From: an uncultured virus (IMG/VR IMGVR_UViG_3300032007_000021)
Lineage: Duplodnaviria > Heunggongvirae > Uroviricota > Caudoviricetes
Length of the DNA stretch: 64,000 nucleotides
Virus record (IMG/VR): IMGVR_UViG_3300032007_000021
Reading direction: 5' to 3' (one strand)
Notes under the pieces: model-generated
The model's input: only the letters and a program-made list of their open reading frames with translations
Databases searched by the model: none
Told to the model about the DNA's origin: nothing
Shown here: piece by piece, positions 63,247-64,000 of the stretch
Position numbering within the stretch: position 1 is the stretch's first letter
How the letters are laid out: every line of letters begins with the position of its first letter
Translations under genes and position numbers: made by a program

Positions 63247-64000
63247 TCATATATTCAAAGAATCTCCACCACTACGGAAAATTCCACTGTTAATTTTCAA
63301 TCCTCTTATTCTTGTACTATTATAAGTTCCATGCTAACTTGTTCTCAATCCGTTTCCAATCATCAACGCCCTATAATATGCAGGAGTTGGCTTTTTAAGC
63401 ATTTGCGGACTTCTAAAAGTAGGATTATCCAACGTTCTATAAGCCCTATCCTCACAATTTCTTTTCAAAGTCTATAATTGACCAACAATATCTCCACTTC
63501 CTCCGTATAAATTCTAACTGCTTATCGCGTAAATCAATCTACCTTTCCAAATATCATAATCTAACAATAATTTTTCAAAACATTGTGCTAATGCCAAATC
63601 TGCAATAATCGGATCATAACTTGTAGGAGCATCTTCCAAAGTATAATTTGTAACTCCTCCTTGTCCTGCTGTATTAACTGTTCCTAACGCTCTCAAAATA
63701 TATCCTTTCAACACAAAAGCAGGAAAATAATTGAAACTATAACTCACTTGCACATTATCTGCCGGAGTCAACTAAAAATTCATCTTTATTTTTCCATTCA
63801 AATAATCAACCACATACATTTCAGGATTCAATGCTGTCTATGATCCATTCAAAAACACTTCAGGCTAAAATGCTTCATTCCAATTTTGATAATGAAACTT
63901 ATAAGTATCTCCACTGACTTGTTGTTGAACTCTTGTACCTGTTTCATAATACACTTTTAATTGCATATATTCAATCAATAAAGAACTCATCATAGAATTA
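63247..64000 (-). CDS. Putative neck/head-tail adaptor protein (5' end outside window)
   Basis: Track ORF extended both ways over TAGs; ends TGA. Confidence 0.55.

Noticed and set aside
1..64000. TAG->Gln (genetic code 15) as in Lak/crAss-like phages
   Set aside because: TAG sits at catalytic or invariant Glu sites and aligns with GAA/GAG in paralogs, while the conserved Gln sites examined use CAR. Only a few sites (intein A*, patatin GGI*A) are ambiguous.
1..64000. Mass pseudogenisation or a G>T damage/sequencing artefact (GAG->TAG)
   Set aside because: Decay or G>T damage would also create TAA from the more abundant GAA and TGA from GGA, and decay would add frameshifts. The interruptions read were TAG apart from one A9 slip, and motifs are intact.
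1..64000. Eukaryotic origin with a UAR->Glu code
   Set aside because: TAA is a regular stop here, and SD motifs, overlapping genes, IS607 and a tail module indicate a prokaryotic virus.

Overview
AT-rich segment of a large tailed bacteriophage genome. Every credible gene is on the minus strand, tightly packed, with Shine-Dalgarno motifs and ATGA/GTGA overlaps. The standard-code ORF track is fragmented because TAG is a sense codon here. Read-through of TAG joins the fragments into full genes that end only in TAA or TGA. The TAG positions fall on invariant glutamates, not glutamines: NrdG GGL*PF, a PD-(D/E)xK catalytic YV*IKG, SNF2 TVE*R, Ski2 STI*S, NrdD FVG*F and dUTPase LE*TDRG. In within-window paralogs, TAG aligns with GAA/GAG. 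This points to TAG->Glu recoding, which differs from the TAG->Gln (code 15) known for Lak and crAss-like phages. The phage also encodes its own glutamyl-tRNA synthetase, a 506-codon gene with about 43 Glu and no TAG, as expected for a component that must be made before the code switch. Replication and nucleotide genes: DnaB, an N-terminal-half DnaE with a mini-intein and an intein-like tail, SNF2 with a LAGLIDADG intein, a truncated Ski2-like helicase, NrdD/NrdG/glutaredoxin, dUTPase. Accessory genes: rIIA-like, patatin, Hsp20, PTP-like, GT9, a Mom-like gene frameshifted at an A9 tract, a candidate u-spanin. Also present: a TAG-free IS607 (tnpA/tnpB plus two passenger ORFs), a 9-member Cys-rich paralog family, a shared N-terminal leader motif, a degenerate ~11-nt repeat array, and a tail/neck module with a ~2,680-codon tape measure. 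No suppressor tRNA or release factor was recognised in the window. In quoted peptides '*' = TAG. Coordinates come from manual read-through, and the longest genes were checked by frame consistency rather than codon by codon.
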